Assembly (NCBI GenBank): GCA_027323595.1
Contig: DAHWBL010000245.1
Coordinates: forward strand, 1-36,648
DNA from: Acetobacteraceae bacterium
GTDB lineage: Bacteria > Pseudomonadota > Alphaproteobacteria > Acetobacterales > Acetobacteraceae
Direction of reading: 5' to 3'
Length of the DNA: 36,648 nt
Part shown: positions 27,701-36,648 of the stretch, piece after piece
Position numbering within the stretch: position 1 is the first letter of the stretch
Layout of the letters: each line of letters opens with the position of its first letter
Translations under genes and position numbers: made by a program
The notes under the pieces: model-generated
Told to the model about the DNA's origin: nothing
The model's input: the letters and a program-made list of their open reading frames with translations, nothing else
Database searches by the model: none

Positions 27701-28274
27701 CGGTGGTCTCCACCGTCACCTGCACCAGGATCGGCACCTCGCGCATGGCGCGCGCACGCTTGGCCGCGTTCACCGCCGCCTTGATCTGCAGGCTGTCCTG
27801 GCAGGTCTCGATCAACAGCGCATCGACCCCGCCCTCGACCAGTGCCGCGCACTGCACCGACAGCGCGTTCTCCAACGTATCGTAATCGATATGACCAAGC
27901 GAGGGCAGACGGGTGCCAGGCCCGACGCTGCCGACGACATAATGGGGCCGCCCGTCGCGGCACCCATCCACCGCCTCGCGCGCGAGGCGCGCGGCCACAT
28001 GGTTGATCTCCGCGGCACGCTGGTCCAGCGCGAACTCGCCCAGCGTCAGCGGCGAGCCGCCGAAGCTGTTGGTCTGGATCAGGTCCGCACCGGCGGCCAG
28101 ATAGCCTTCATGCAGCGAACGCACCAGATCAGGACGGGAAAGATTCAAAGCCTCGGTGCAATTCTCCCGCCCCAGATAATCGGCCTCGATATCGAGCGTC
28201 ATCGCCTGCACCCGGCTGCCGATGCCCCCGTCGCACAGCAGCACGCGGCGACGCAGATCGTCGAGCAGCCTCAC
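24798..28274 (-). CDS. metH: Cobalamin-dependent methionine synthase
   Basis: ORF track 24798-28421 trimmed to GTG 28274, because LDDLRRRVLLCDGGIGSRVQ aligns with the start of E. coli MetH. B12-binding GDVHDIGKNLV (DxHxxG), with pterin-binding and C-terminal reactivation domains present. 1158 aa. The start overlaps the sahR stop (GTGA). Confidence 0.95.
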   Translation of the reverse strand: MRLLDDLRRRVLLCDGGIGSRVQAMTLDIEADYLGRENCTEALNLSRPDLVRSLHEGYLAAGADLIQTNSFGGSPLTLGEFALDQRAAEINHVAARLAREAVDGCRDGRPHYVVGSVGPGTRLPSLGHIDYDTLENALSVQCAALVEGGVDALLIETCQDSLQIKAAVNAAKRARAMREVPILVQVTVETTGTLLVGPDIAAAATVVRALDVPLIGLNCATGPQEMAEHIRWLSTNWPGLLSVQPNAGLPELLDGQTHYPLGADELVAWLERFVTEDGMNLIGGCCGTNDTHTAALDRMLRRLGGNLDRPAPVARTPQWVPSVASLYGAVALRQENSIFSIGERCNANGSKRWRELQQAGDWDGCVAMGREQVGEGSNAIDLCTAFVGRDEVAEMDETVRRFTASVNAPLVIDSTETRVIESALKLHGGKPIINSINFEDGEGAAAERLELARKFGAAVIALTIDETGMAKTAERKIEIARRLVEFACGRHGLPQSDLMIDPLTFTIATGMDDDRKLGLETIAGIARIRQEFPDIQIVLGLSNISFGLNAAARAVLNSVFLDHAQRAGMTAAIVHVSKIRPLHQLAADEVEAAEDLIFDNWRDGRDPLQHLLALFAERKGVASVARVRHDRVDDRLRARIVDGDRNGLADDLDLALMEYSALDIINTVLLDGMKTVGELFGAGKMQLPFVLQSAETMKAAVAHLEPHMERTQGAQKATIVLATVKGDVHDIGKNLVDIILTNNGYRVINLGIKVPLADILAAAREHDAQAIGMSGLLVKSTVVMKDNLEEMSRQGWDLPVLLGGAALTRNFVEDTCVDAYGCGRVAYARDAFDGLHLMDRLSGNEDFDAWLVAQRRRREGAAQARRVPGVPEARGWQPIDVHAVQARRRRLNRDVAPPQPPFWGARKIEVPSKTVVPFINERSLFQFQWGFRKQGRSLEEFMGWARQELRPVMRRMLALCEADDILHPQAVYGYWKAAGQGNDLIVFDVDGTTELCRFALPRQPRDDGECIADFIADVDDERRDVIWLQAVTVGQAASDTARVWFEQNRYQDYLYLHGLSVEMAEAMAEYVHKRIRAECGFAGEDARQIGDMLMQNYRGARYSFGYPACPRLEDQEPILKLLGAERVGISLSDEWQLHPEQSTSAVVLLNPNAVYFSV

Positions 28275-29233
28275 GCCACCGCCTCCAGCCGCCGGGTTTG
28301 CGGCGCGTCCGCCGGCCACAGCATGATCTCGAGCGGCCCCTCCACCCGCGCCGGCTGGCTCGGCCGCAGCCCCGCCTCGCTCAGCAGCGTGGCCATTTTC
28401 GCGCCCGAAAATCCGGGCCACACATGCGCCAGCCGCGCGGTCAGATCGGAGCGCTCATGCGCCGCCAGATCGATCACCAGCAGCCGCCCACCCGGACGCA
28501 GCACCCGCGCGGCCTCGCGCAGCGCGGCGGCCGGGTCCTCGGCGTAGTGCAGCACCATCTGCAGGATCGCCACATCGTATGACGCATCCGCCAGCGGCAG
28601 CCGATACATGTCGGCCTGGCGCACCCCGCAATGCTGCAAACCCGGCGAGGCGAGCCGCCCACGCGCCAGGCCCAGCATCGCCCGGCTGGCATCGATGCCC
28701 AGCGCCGAGCTGGCCCGTGGCGCCAGCAGTTCCAGCAGCCGCCCGGTGCCGGTGCCGATATCCAGCACCCGTCCCAGCGACGGACCACCCAGCAGCTCCT
28801 CGATCGCCGCCTCCACCCGCGCCGCCGGCAGCCCAAGCGCCTGCATCTCATCCCAGTCCTCGCCTTGCAGCCGAAACTGCGCGGAGGCCACGCGCGCGCG
28901 CTCGGCCAGCACCCGCGCCGCCTGGCGTCGGTCGCTGGCCAGCAGCGGGTCATCCTCGGGCAGGCGCTCCACCAGCGTGCGCGCGAGGTCGCCAAGCGCG
29001 TCCGGCGGCAGGCTGAACCACACGGTGCTGCCCTCGCGCGCCCGGCTCAACAGCCCGGATTCGCACAATAATTTCAGGTGGCGCGACAGCCGCGGCTGTG
29101 ACTGGCCGAGAATTTCGGCGAAGTCGGTGACGCAGAAGCTGCCACGATTGGCGAGCGCGAGAAGGCGCAGCCGCGTGGTTTCCGCGGCGGCGCGCAAGGC
29201 GGTGAGAAGCATGTCCATGGGCTGGACAATCAC
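28271..29233 (-). CDS. sahR: SahR-type regulator: ArsR wHTH fused to a SAM-dependent-methyltransferase-like sensor domain
   Basis: N-terminal RLRLLALANRGSFCVTDFAEILGQSQPRLSRHLKLL (ArsR HTH). C-terminal methyltransferase motif I VLDIGTGTGRLL and RVLRPGGRLLVID. Located immediately upstream of metH. Start is GTG 29233, or ATG 29218 / 29212. Confidence 0.8.
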   Translation of the reverse strand: MIVQPMDMLLTALRAAAETTRLRLLALANRGSFCVTDFAEILGQSQPRLSRHLKLLCESGLLSRAREGSTVWFSLPPDALGDLARTLVERLPEDDPLLASDRRQAARVLAERARVASAQFRLQGEDWDEMQALGLPAARVEAAIEELLGGPSLGRVLDIGTGTGRLLELLAPRASSALGIDASRAMLGLARGRLASPGLQHCGVRQADMYRLPLADASYDVAILQMVLHYAEDPAAALREAARVLRPGGRLLVIDLAAHERSDLTARLAHVWPGFSGAKMATLLSEAGLRPSQPARVEGPLEIMLWPADAPQTRRLEAVA

Positions 29234-29260
29234 ATAAAGACATGTTTATGTCTAGATATG
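29231..29260. promoter_or_regulatory. AT-rich imperfect palindrome (candidate SahR box / divergent-promoter operator)
   Basis: Core AGACAT-GTTT-ATGTCT (29238-29253) has perfect 6-bp arms. It extends to 13-nt arms matching at 10/13 (CACATAAAGACAT / ATGTCTAGATATG). This is the most AT-rich stretch in the neighbourhood and lies between sahR and the divergent ORF. Confidence 0.45.
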
Positions 29261-29593
29261 CTTATCACTGCCCCCACACCCCTGCCCACCACCGACTCCA
29301 GGCTGCCCATCCGCCTGCTGCCCGCCGGCGCCTGCCTGCCCGCGGACGGCATCGCCATGCCCACCCTGCCCACCTCCGCGCACCGCCCCCGCGCCGCCTG
29401 CGGCTGCTGCCAGCCGCGCGCCGCCGCCACGGACATCCTGTCGCGCGCCTGGCTCGCCCGCGTGCGCGGCACCGCCCCGCTCACCGCCGAACTCGTCGTC
29501 GCCGCCACCGCTGATGGCCAGGCCGCGCTGCGTGCCGCCATCGCCTCCGACGCGCTGCTGAACGCCCGCTTCCGCCTCGCCGACGCCGCCTGA
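29258..29593 (+). CDS. Hypothetical protein, 111 aa, with a C-x-CC cysteine cluster
   Basis: ORF track 29258-29593. Third codon positions are almost entirely G/C. The C-terminal half, TDILSRAWLARVRGTAPLTAELVVAATADGQAALRAAIASDALLNARF, looks protein-like. No SD is evident. A minus-strand ORF (29230-29541) shares the same GC3 phase, so strand assignment is not certain. Confidence 0.45.
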   Translation: MLITAPTPLPTTDSRLPIRLLPAGACLPADGIAMPTLPTSAHRPRAACGCCQPRAAATDILSRAWLARVRGTAPLTAELVVAATADGQAALRAAIASDALLNARFRLADAA

Positions 29594-29662
29594 CCAGGCC
29601 CGCCTGCCTTGCATCACCACGCGCCGGTGTCGCACAGTGCGCCCAACTCAAGGAGCGTCACG

Positions 29663-30967
29663 ATGGGCAGCAAAATCACTCTCAGCCGGTCCGAAAAAAT
29701 CATGAACGTGATCCGCGTTTCCAGCGGCAACTTCCTGGAAATGTACGATTTTTTCGTGTTCGGCTACTTCGCCCACGAGATCGGCGCGACGTTCTTTCCC
29801 GCCGATAACGAAGTCACCGTCCTGCTGCTCACCTTCGCCGTCTTCGCCGGCGGCTTCATCATGCGCCCGCTCGGCGCGCTGATCCTTGGCGCCTATATCG
29901 ACAAGCACGGCCGCCGCACCGGCCTGCTCCTCACGCTGGGGCTGATGGCCATCGGCACCGCCACCATGGCGCTGATGCCCGGCTACGCGACCGTGGGCGT
30001 CCTCGCCCCCTTCGTGGTGCTGCTCGGCCGCCTGATCCAGGGGTTTTCGGCCGGCGTGGAAGTGGGCGGCGCCTCGGTCTACCTCGCCGAGATCGCCACC
30101 CCCGGCAACAAGGGCTTCTACGTCTCCTGGCAATCCGCCAGCCAGCAGGTCGCGGTGATCCTGGCCGCGAGCCTGGGCGTCGCGCTCAACGCCAACTTCA
30201 ATGCCCAGCAGATGCAGGATTTCGGCTGGCGCATCCCCATGCTGCTCGGCTGCCTGATCATTCCGCTGCTGCTGGTGCTGCGCCGCTCGCTCGCCGAAAC
30301 CGAGGAATTCACCAACCGCACCCACCACCCCAGCATCCGCGAGATCGTCGCCTCGGTCGGCGCGAGTTGGAAACTGCTGATCCTGGGCATGCTGCTGGTC
30401 TCGATGACCACCGGCAGCTTCTACCTGATCACCGCCTACACCCCCACCTATGGTCGCACGGTCCTGCATCTGCTGCCGTTCGACGCGCTGCTCGTCACCA
30501 TCTGCGTCGGTGTGTCCAACCTAATCTGGCTGCCGGTCGCCGGCGCGCTGTCCGACCGCATCGGGCGCAAGCCGATCCTGATCGGCACCACCGTGCTGAC
30601 CCTGCTCACCGCCTATCCGGCCATGTCGTGGCTGGTCGGCGCCGCCTCCTTCGAGCGGCTGCTGCTGGTCGAGCTGTGGCTGTCGTTCCTGTATGGCTGC
30701 TACAACGGCGCGATGGTGGTGTTCCTCGCCGAGGTGATGCCCGCCAAGGTCCGCGCCACCGGCTTCTCGGTCGCTTACAGCTTCGCCACCGCGATCTTCG
30801 GCGGCTCCACCCCGCTGATCGCCACCTGGCTGATCAGCATCACCGGGGACCGCGCGATCCCCGGCGTGTGGATGTCAGCCGTCGCCGCCCTTGGCCTGTT
30901 CGCCACCCTGATGCTCAAGACCAACCGGCAGACCGGCCATGAGAGGGCGGCGCAACCCGCGCAATAG
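29663..30967 (+). CDS. MFS transporter, metabolite:H+ symporter family (citrate/tricarballylate CitA/TcuC-like)
   Basis: ORF track 29609-30967 trimmed to ATG 29663, with AAGGAG SD upstream. SSGNFLEMYDFFVFGYFA, GAYIDKHGRR, RLIQGFSAGVEVGGASVYLAEIATPGNKGFY. Confidence 0.88.
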   Translation: MGSKITLSRSEKIMNVIRVSSGNFLEMYDFFVFGYFAHEIGATFFPADNEVTVLLLTFAVFAGGFIMRPLGALILGAYIDKHGRRTGLLLTLGLMAIGTATMALMPGYATVGVLAPFVVLLGRLIQGFSAGVEVGGASVYLAEIATPGNKGFYVSWQSASQQVAVILAASLGVALNANFNAQQMQDFGWRIPMLLGCLIIPLLLVLRRSLAETEEFTNRTHHPSIREIVASVGASWKLLILGMLLVSMTTGSFYLITAYTPTYGRTVLHLLPFDALLVTICVGVSNLIWLPVAGALSDRIGRKPILIGTTVLTLLTAYPAMSWLVGAASFERLLLVELWLSFLYGCYNGAMVVFLAEVMPAKVRATGFSVAYSFATAIFGGSTPLIATWLISITGDRAIPGVWMSAVAALGLFATLMLKTNRQTGHERAAQPAQ

Positions 30968-30976
30968 GCGCCGAAC

Positions 30977-31588
30977 TTGGCCGCCGACCTCGCGCTGATC
31001 CTGGCGATCGACGGTTCGGCCAGCGTCAACATGGAGTATTTCGGCCTGATCGCCGGCGGCACCGCCGCGGCATTGCGCGACCCCGACATCGCCGCTGCGC
31101 TCATCTCCGGACCAAACCGGGCCAGCGAGGTCGCGCTGCTGCTGTGGTCGGGCGCGGCCGAGCAGGATGTGCTGCTGGACTGGACCCGACTCGCCTCGCC
31201 CGCCGACGTCGCCAGCTTCGCCGATGCGGTGGACAACATGCCGCGCTCCATCCCCGCCGGGCTGACCGCCATCGGCGCCGCGCTGACGGTGTGCGAAAAT
31301 TTGATCGCCCGCCTGCCCACCCGGCCGACCCGCCGCATCGTCGATCTGGCCGGTGACGGCCGCAACAATGACGGCCCCGCCACCGAGCCGGTGCGCGACC
31401 GCCTGGTCGCCGCGGGGGTCACCATCAACGGCCTGTGCGTGCTGCACGAGGAGCCCGACCTGCGCGCCTTCTACCAGACAGCGGTGATCGGCGGCCCCTC
31501 CGCCTTCGCGCTCACCTGCCCGACCTACGCCGCCTTCGCCGATGCGATGCGCCAGAAACTCTATCGTGAGAGCCTGCTTGTTTCCTGA
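30977..31588 (+). CDS. DUF1194 (vWA-like) domain protein, apparently lacking a signal peptide
   Basis: TTG start in the ORF track. DLALILAIDGSASV, RRIVDLAGDGRNNDG, GVTINGLCVL, VIGGPSAF match my recollection of the DUF1194 family pattern. Confidence 0.75.
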   Translation: MAADLALILAIDGSASVNMEYFGLIAGGTAAALRDPDIAAALISGPNRASEVALLLWSGAAEQDVLLDWTRLASPADVASFADAVDNMPRSIPAGLTAIGAALTVCENLIARLPTRPTRRIVDLAGDGRNNDGPATEPVRDRLVAAGVTINGLCVLHEEPDLRAFYQTAVIGGPSAFALTCPTYAAFADAMRQKLYRESLLVS

Positions 31589-31623
31589 AATCATATGAAA
31601 TGGTCGGATGGTATTCTCGCCGG

Positions 31624-32181
31624 TCAGCGCCGCAGATGCTCGGCGATGGTCATGCCCAGCCGCAGCGGAATGTCCCAGTTCTCGCGCACCGTGCGCATCG
31701 GCTGAAAGCCGCCACGCAGATAGGTCCGCATCGCGCGCGGATGGTCGGCGGTGCAGGTGTTCACGCTCAGCCCCCGGCGGGTGCGCCGCCAGGCCGCATC
31801 CACCGCCTGGCGCAGGAACGGCTGGCCCAGACCGAGGCCGATCGCATGCGGCATGAGACCGAAATAATTGATATTCACATCCCACGGGCCGCGCGCATCC
31901 AGCTCGAAAAAACCCGCGGGCTCATCATCAAGATACAGAACATGCACCGACACGCGCGGGTCCGACAACAGCATCCCGAGCCGCTGGTCGCTCAGCGTGC
32001 GGCGCAGCCACCACAGATATGGCCCGCCCACCGTATCGTATAAGTAACGATAAAACGGCACGCTCGGCGCGTCCCTGCACACCAGATGGCAGCCATCGGG
32101 CAATGCCGGCCCGCCCGCCCTGGGCGGATGGTCCATCCGCAGGAACGTCACATCGACCACCGCCCGGCAGGTCGGTTCCAT
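31624..32181 (-). CDS. GNAT-family N-acetyltransferase
   Basis: 185 aa. Acetyl-CoA-binding-like [24 protein letters not shown] and [16 protein letters not shown]. Lies 16 nt downstream of rpoD on the same strand. Confidence 0.8.
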   Translation of the reverse strand: MEPTCRAVVDVTFLRMDHPPRAGGPALPDGCHLVCRDAPSVPFYRYLYDTVGGPYLWWLRRTLSDQRLGMLLSDPRVSVHVLYLDDEPAGFFELDARGPWDVNINYFGLMPHAIGLGLGQPFLRQAVDAAWRRTRRGLSVNTCTADHPRAMRTYLRGGFQPMRTVRENWDIPLRLGMTIAEHLRR

Positions 32182-32197
32182 GCCGCGCGGCCCGGGG

Positions 32198-34141
<1,944 letters not shown>

Positions 34142-34154
34142 ATTCACCACTCTC

Positions 34155-34178
34155 CAAAAACGCCGCGCGACGGGCGCG
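34155..34178 (-). terminator. Intrinsic terminator/attenuator-like hairpin between dnaG and rpoD
   Basis: On the minus strand: CCGCGC-CCGTC-GCGCGG, then CGTTTTT, running directly into the rpoD SD (GGAGAG). The stem is short (6 bp), so this is probably partial termination at most. Confidence 0.45.
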
Positions 34179-34223
34179 GGCTGAACTGAACCCTGTCGGA
34201 CGCCGCCCCGATGGCCGGCCGCA

Positions 34224-36050
34224 TCACGACTCGATCTCCTCACCAGGCTCCCGCCAGATCGCGGCGGCGGCCTCACGCAGCCGCACCAGCCGCTCCTGCG
34301 CCAGCCCATCGGCGCCCGCCGCAACATCGCGACGGGCCGCGGCGATATCGGCCTCCAGCCGATCGCGATGCAGCATCTGGAACAGATGATGCCACGCCGC
34401 GAGCACCTCAACCGGCTGCGCGTCCGGTGCAACGCAGGCTGGCAGCGGATGCGGCGACCTGGACAGCACGCGCGCGACATCCTCCTCCAAACCGAGCTTG
34501 GTCAGGTGGGTGATCAGGCCCGCGGAGTCAAGCTCCTGCGCGTCATTGAACCACGCGAGCGTCGCATCCCGCACCTGCGCCAGACCGGCATCGAGCGCGA
34601 TGCGCACCCAGCCATCCTCAAGCTGGTGCAGCAGCGCCGGATGGCTCAGCGCGATCGCGCTCAGAATCCGGGCGCATTCCGCCCGCCCGGCCGCCTCATC
34701 GGGCACCGGCCGCGCGCCGAAGCGCACCGGGCCGCGCGCCCCCCCGTCGCGCGTGCCCCCAGTTTGCGCGCCCCGCGGCCCCGGAACCATGCGCGTCGGC
34801 CGCGCCGTCCGCGTCTCGGTGAAAAACCGCTCCAGCAGACTGCGCCGATATTCCGCCGCCAGGCCCTTATGGCCGATCCGCCCGGCCGCCTCGGCCAGAC
34901 GCTCGCGAAACGCCGCGCGCTGCTCGGGCCCGGCCAACGGCTGGCCCTGGCGCAGCAGGTCGAACAACACGTCCGACACCGGCCGCGCGGCGGCCAGCAC
35001 CGCGGCGAACCCCGCCGGCCCCTGCGCGCGCACCAGCGAATCCGGGTCCTGCCCGTTCGGCAGGCTGGCCAGACGCAGGCTCTGCTCGGGGGTGAGATGC
35101 GGCAGCGCCAGGTTCACCGCCCGCAATGCCGCCCGCGCGCCGGCCGCATCGCCGTCAAAGCACAGCACCGGCACCGGCGACAGCCGCCACAGCTCGGCCA
35201 TCTGTTCCTCGGTCAACGCGGTGCCCAGCGGCGCCACCGCGCCCGCGAACCCGGCCTGGTGCAGCGCGATCACGTCCATATAGCCCTCGGCCACCACCAG
35301 CTCCGCGCCGCCGCGCACCGCCGCGCGCGCCAGATCGAGCCCGTAGAGGCTGCGCCGCTTGGAAAACAGCGCGGTCTCCGGCCCGTTGACATATTTCGGC
35401 ACACCGTCGCCCAGGATGCGCCCGCCAAAGCTGATGATCCGCCCGCCCCGGTCGCGGATCGGAAACATCACCCTGTTGAAAAACAGCTCCCGCCCGTCCG
35501 GCTGCACCAGCCCGGTCTCGGCCAGCAGCGCGTCATCCGCGCCGGCCGCCCGAAGCACCGACACCAACGACCCACGCCCCTCGCCGGACCAGCCAAGCCC
35601 GAACCGCTCGATGGTCTGCCCGGTCAAACCCCGCCCGGTCAGATAATCGAGCGCCCGCCGCCCGGCCGGCGCGCCGAGCAGGCGGCGAAATTCCGCTTCC
35701 GCCCGGCCCAGCACCTCCTGCACCCCGTCGCTGCGCGCCTGCGCGGCCATCTGGTCCGGCCCGAGCCGCGGCATCTCCAGCCCCGCCTCACCGGCGAGCG
35801 CGGTGACAGCCTCGATGAATCCGGAGCCCTGGGTCTGCATGACAAAGCCGATCGCATTGCCATGCGCGCCGCAGCCAAAACAGTGATAGCCGTCCTCATA
35901 CACATAGAAGCTCGGCGTTTTTTCGTTATGGAACGGGCAGCAGCCCTTCCAGTTCCGACCCGATTTGGTCAGCCGCACCCGCCGCCCGACCAGCGCGGCC
36001 AGCGGCGTGCGCGCCCGCACCTCGTCCAGAAACTGATCGGGAAGCGCCAT
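34224..36050 (-). CDS. dnaG: DNA primase
   Basis: Zinc-binding [28 protein letters not shown] and [19 protein letters not shown]. 608 aa. Confidence 0.95.
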   Translation of the reverse strand: MALPDQFLDEVRARTPLAALVGRRVRLTKSGRNWKGCCPFHNEKTPSFYVYEDGYHCFGCGAHGNAIGFVMQTQGSGFIEAVTALAGEAGLEMPRLGPDQMAAQARSDGVQEVLGRAEAEFRRLLGAPAGRRALDYLTGRGLTGQTIERFGLGWSGEGRGSLVSVLRAAGADDALLAETGLVQPDGRELFFNRVMFPIRDRGGRIISFGGRILGDGVPKYVNGPETALFSKRRSLYGLDLARAAVRGGAELVVAEGYMDVIALHQAGFAGAVAPLGTALTEEQMAELWRLSPVPVLCFDGDAAGARAALRAVNLALPHLTPEQSLRLASLPNGQDPDSLVRAQGPAGFAAVLAAARPVSDVLFDLLRQGQPLAGPEQRAAFRERLAEAAGRIGHKGLAAEYRRSLLERFFTETRTARPTRMVPGPRGAQTGGTRDGGARGPVRFGARPVPDEAAGRAECARILSAIALSHPALLHQLEDGWVRIALDAGLAQVRDATLAWFNDAQELDSAGLITHLTKLGLEEDVARVLSRSPHPLPACVAPDAQPVEVLAAWHHLFQMLHRDRLEADIAAARRDVAAGADGLAQERLVRLREAAAAIWREPGEEIES

Positions 36051-36509
36051 TCAGCCGGCGAGCGCGGCGCGGACCAGCGCGCCAGCCGCCGCCATGTCCA
36101 GCTCGGCGGCATATCTGGCCCTGAGTGCGGCCATCACCTTGCCCATATCCTTGATCCCCGCCGCCGAGGTTTCCGCGATCGCCGCGCGCACCGCGGCCTC
36201 GGTCGCCGCCGCATCCATCTGGCGCGGCAAAAACCCCTCGATCACCGCGATCTCCGCCAGCTCCTTGTCCGCCAGCTCGGGCCGGTTGCCCTTGGTGTAC
36301 AGCTCCACCGACTCCCGCCGCGACTTCACCATCCCGCGCAGCATCGCCATGATCTCGGCCTCCGCCACCGCCGGATCGGGCCTGGTGCGCGCGGCGATCT
36401 CGGTGTCCTTCAATTTGGACAACACCATCCGCAACGTCGAAACCCGCGCCGCATCCCCCGCCTTCATCGCCGCCTTAAGCTGCTCGGTAAACTGCGCGCG
36501 CAGCTCCAT
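36051..36509 (-). CDS. yqeY: GatB/YqeY domain-containing protein
   Basis: ORF track 36051-36521 trimmed to ATG 36509 (MELRAQFTEQLKAAMKAGD), with GGAGAA SD 4 nt upstream. The stop abuts the dnaG ATG (TGAATG). Confidence 0.85.
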   Translation of the reverse strand: MELRAQFTEQLKAAMKAGDAARVSTLRMVLSKLKDTEIAARTRPDPAVAEAEIMAMLRGMVKSRRESVELYTKGNRPELADKELAEIAVIEGFLPRQMDAAATEAAVRAAIAETSAAGIKDMGKVMAALRARYAAELDMAAAGALVRAALAG

Positions 36510-36586
36510 GACATTCTCCATTCAATCCAAACCGCTTCCTTACCCCCACTCCCCCCACCCAAGCCAGAGCCACGCCCCCACCCCGC

Positions 36587-36648
36587 CCCTCCCCACCAGG
36601 GGGAGGGAGAAGATGGTTACGTCACTTCCCCCTCCCCCCCGCGGGGAG
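36587..36648. repeat. Two related C-tract/G-tract hairpins (REP-like), the second cut by the window edge
   Basis: Hairpin 1 is CCCTCCCC(36587-36594)-ACCAG-GGGGAGGG(36600-36607). Hairpin 2 is CTCCCC(36632-36637)-CCCGC-GGGGAG(36643-36648). They share a CTCCCC/GGGGAG core within a poly-C-rich intergenic stretch starting near 36541. Confidence 0.4.

Noticed and set aside
28275-28421. Longer metH start (GTG 28421) overlapping sahR by 150 nt
   Set aside because: MetH homology starts at LDDLRRRVLLCDGG, just after the GTG at 28274. The extra 49 residues are Gly/Ala junk inside the sahR coding region.
24579-28547. Uninterrupted 1322-aa plus-strand ORF
   Set aside because: It is exactly antisense to metH, which has unmistakable MetH motifs. 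The translation is Arg/His/Pro/Gln/Ala-rich with no recognisable motifs. This is a typical stop-poor shadow frame of high-GC DNA.
30875-31885. 336-aa minus-strand ORF
   Set aside because: Antisense to the DUF1194 gene and overlapping the GNAT gene out of frame. It has no motifs.

Overview
Very GC-rich, extremely gene-dense chromosomal segment. It looks alphaproteobacterial (yqeY-dnaG-rpoD arrangement, SahR-metH, riboswitch-controlled btuB, many ATGA/GTGA-coupled genes), but the taxon is inference only. I call 36 protein genes (one truncated at the left edge), one cobalamin riboswitch, two intrinsic terminators, three candidate operators and a pair of C/G-tract hairpins. I saw no rRNA, tRNA, CRISPR array, transposase, integrase or phage genes, so this reads as core genome rather than an accessory or defence island.

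Blocks, left to right:
1. ArsR fragment, tiny basic protein, rpmB, and a soluble histidine-kinase-like protein with a degenerate H-box.
2. fsr-like MFS transporter.
3. A six-gene minus-strand operon, rfbB-rfbA-rfbC-rfbD-cysD-cysNC, with no intergenic DNA. A GT2 glycosyltransferase and a UDP-GlcA-4-epimerase-like gene sit next to it.
4. An aromatic-catabolism-like patch: HSL-type hydrolase, extradiol dioxygenase, livHMGF without a binding protein, NitT/TauT binding protein plus permease without an ATPase, and MarR / 3-hydroxybenzoate-6-hydroxylase-like monooxygenase / crotonase.
5. A B12 neighbourhood: cobalamin riboswitch-btuB converging on sahR-metH-CDF-pduO.
6. Small unknown ORF, MHS-type MFS transporter, leaderless DUF1194, GNAT.
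7. yqeY-dnaG-rpoD.

The best candidates for something undescribed are the PAPS synthase hard-wired into the dTDP-rhamnose operon, the CDF transporter embedded in the sahR-metH-pduO string, the unknown Cys-containing ORF divergent from sahR across an AT-rich palindrome, and the His-less kinase. None is proven from sequence alone. The many long ORFs on the opposite strand of real genes are GC-driven shadow ORFs.
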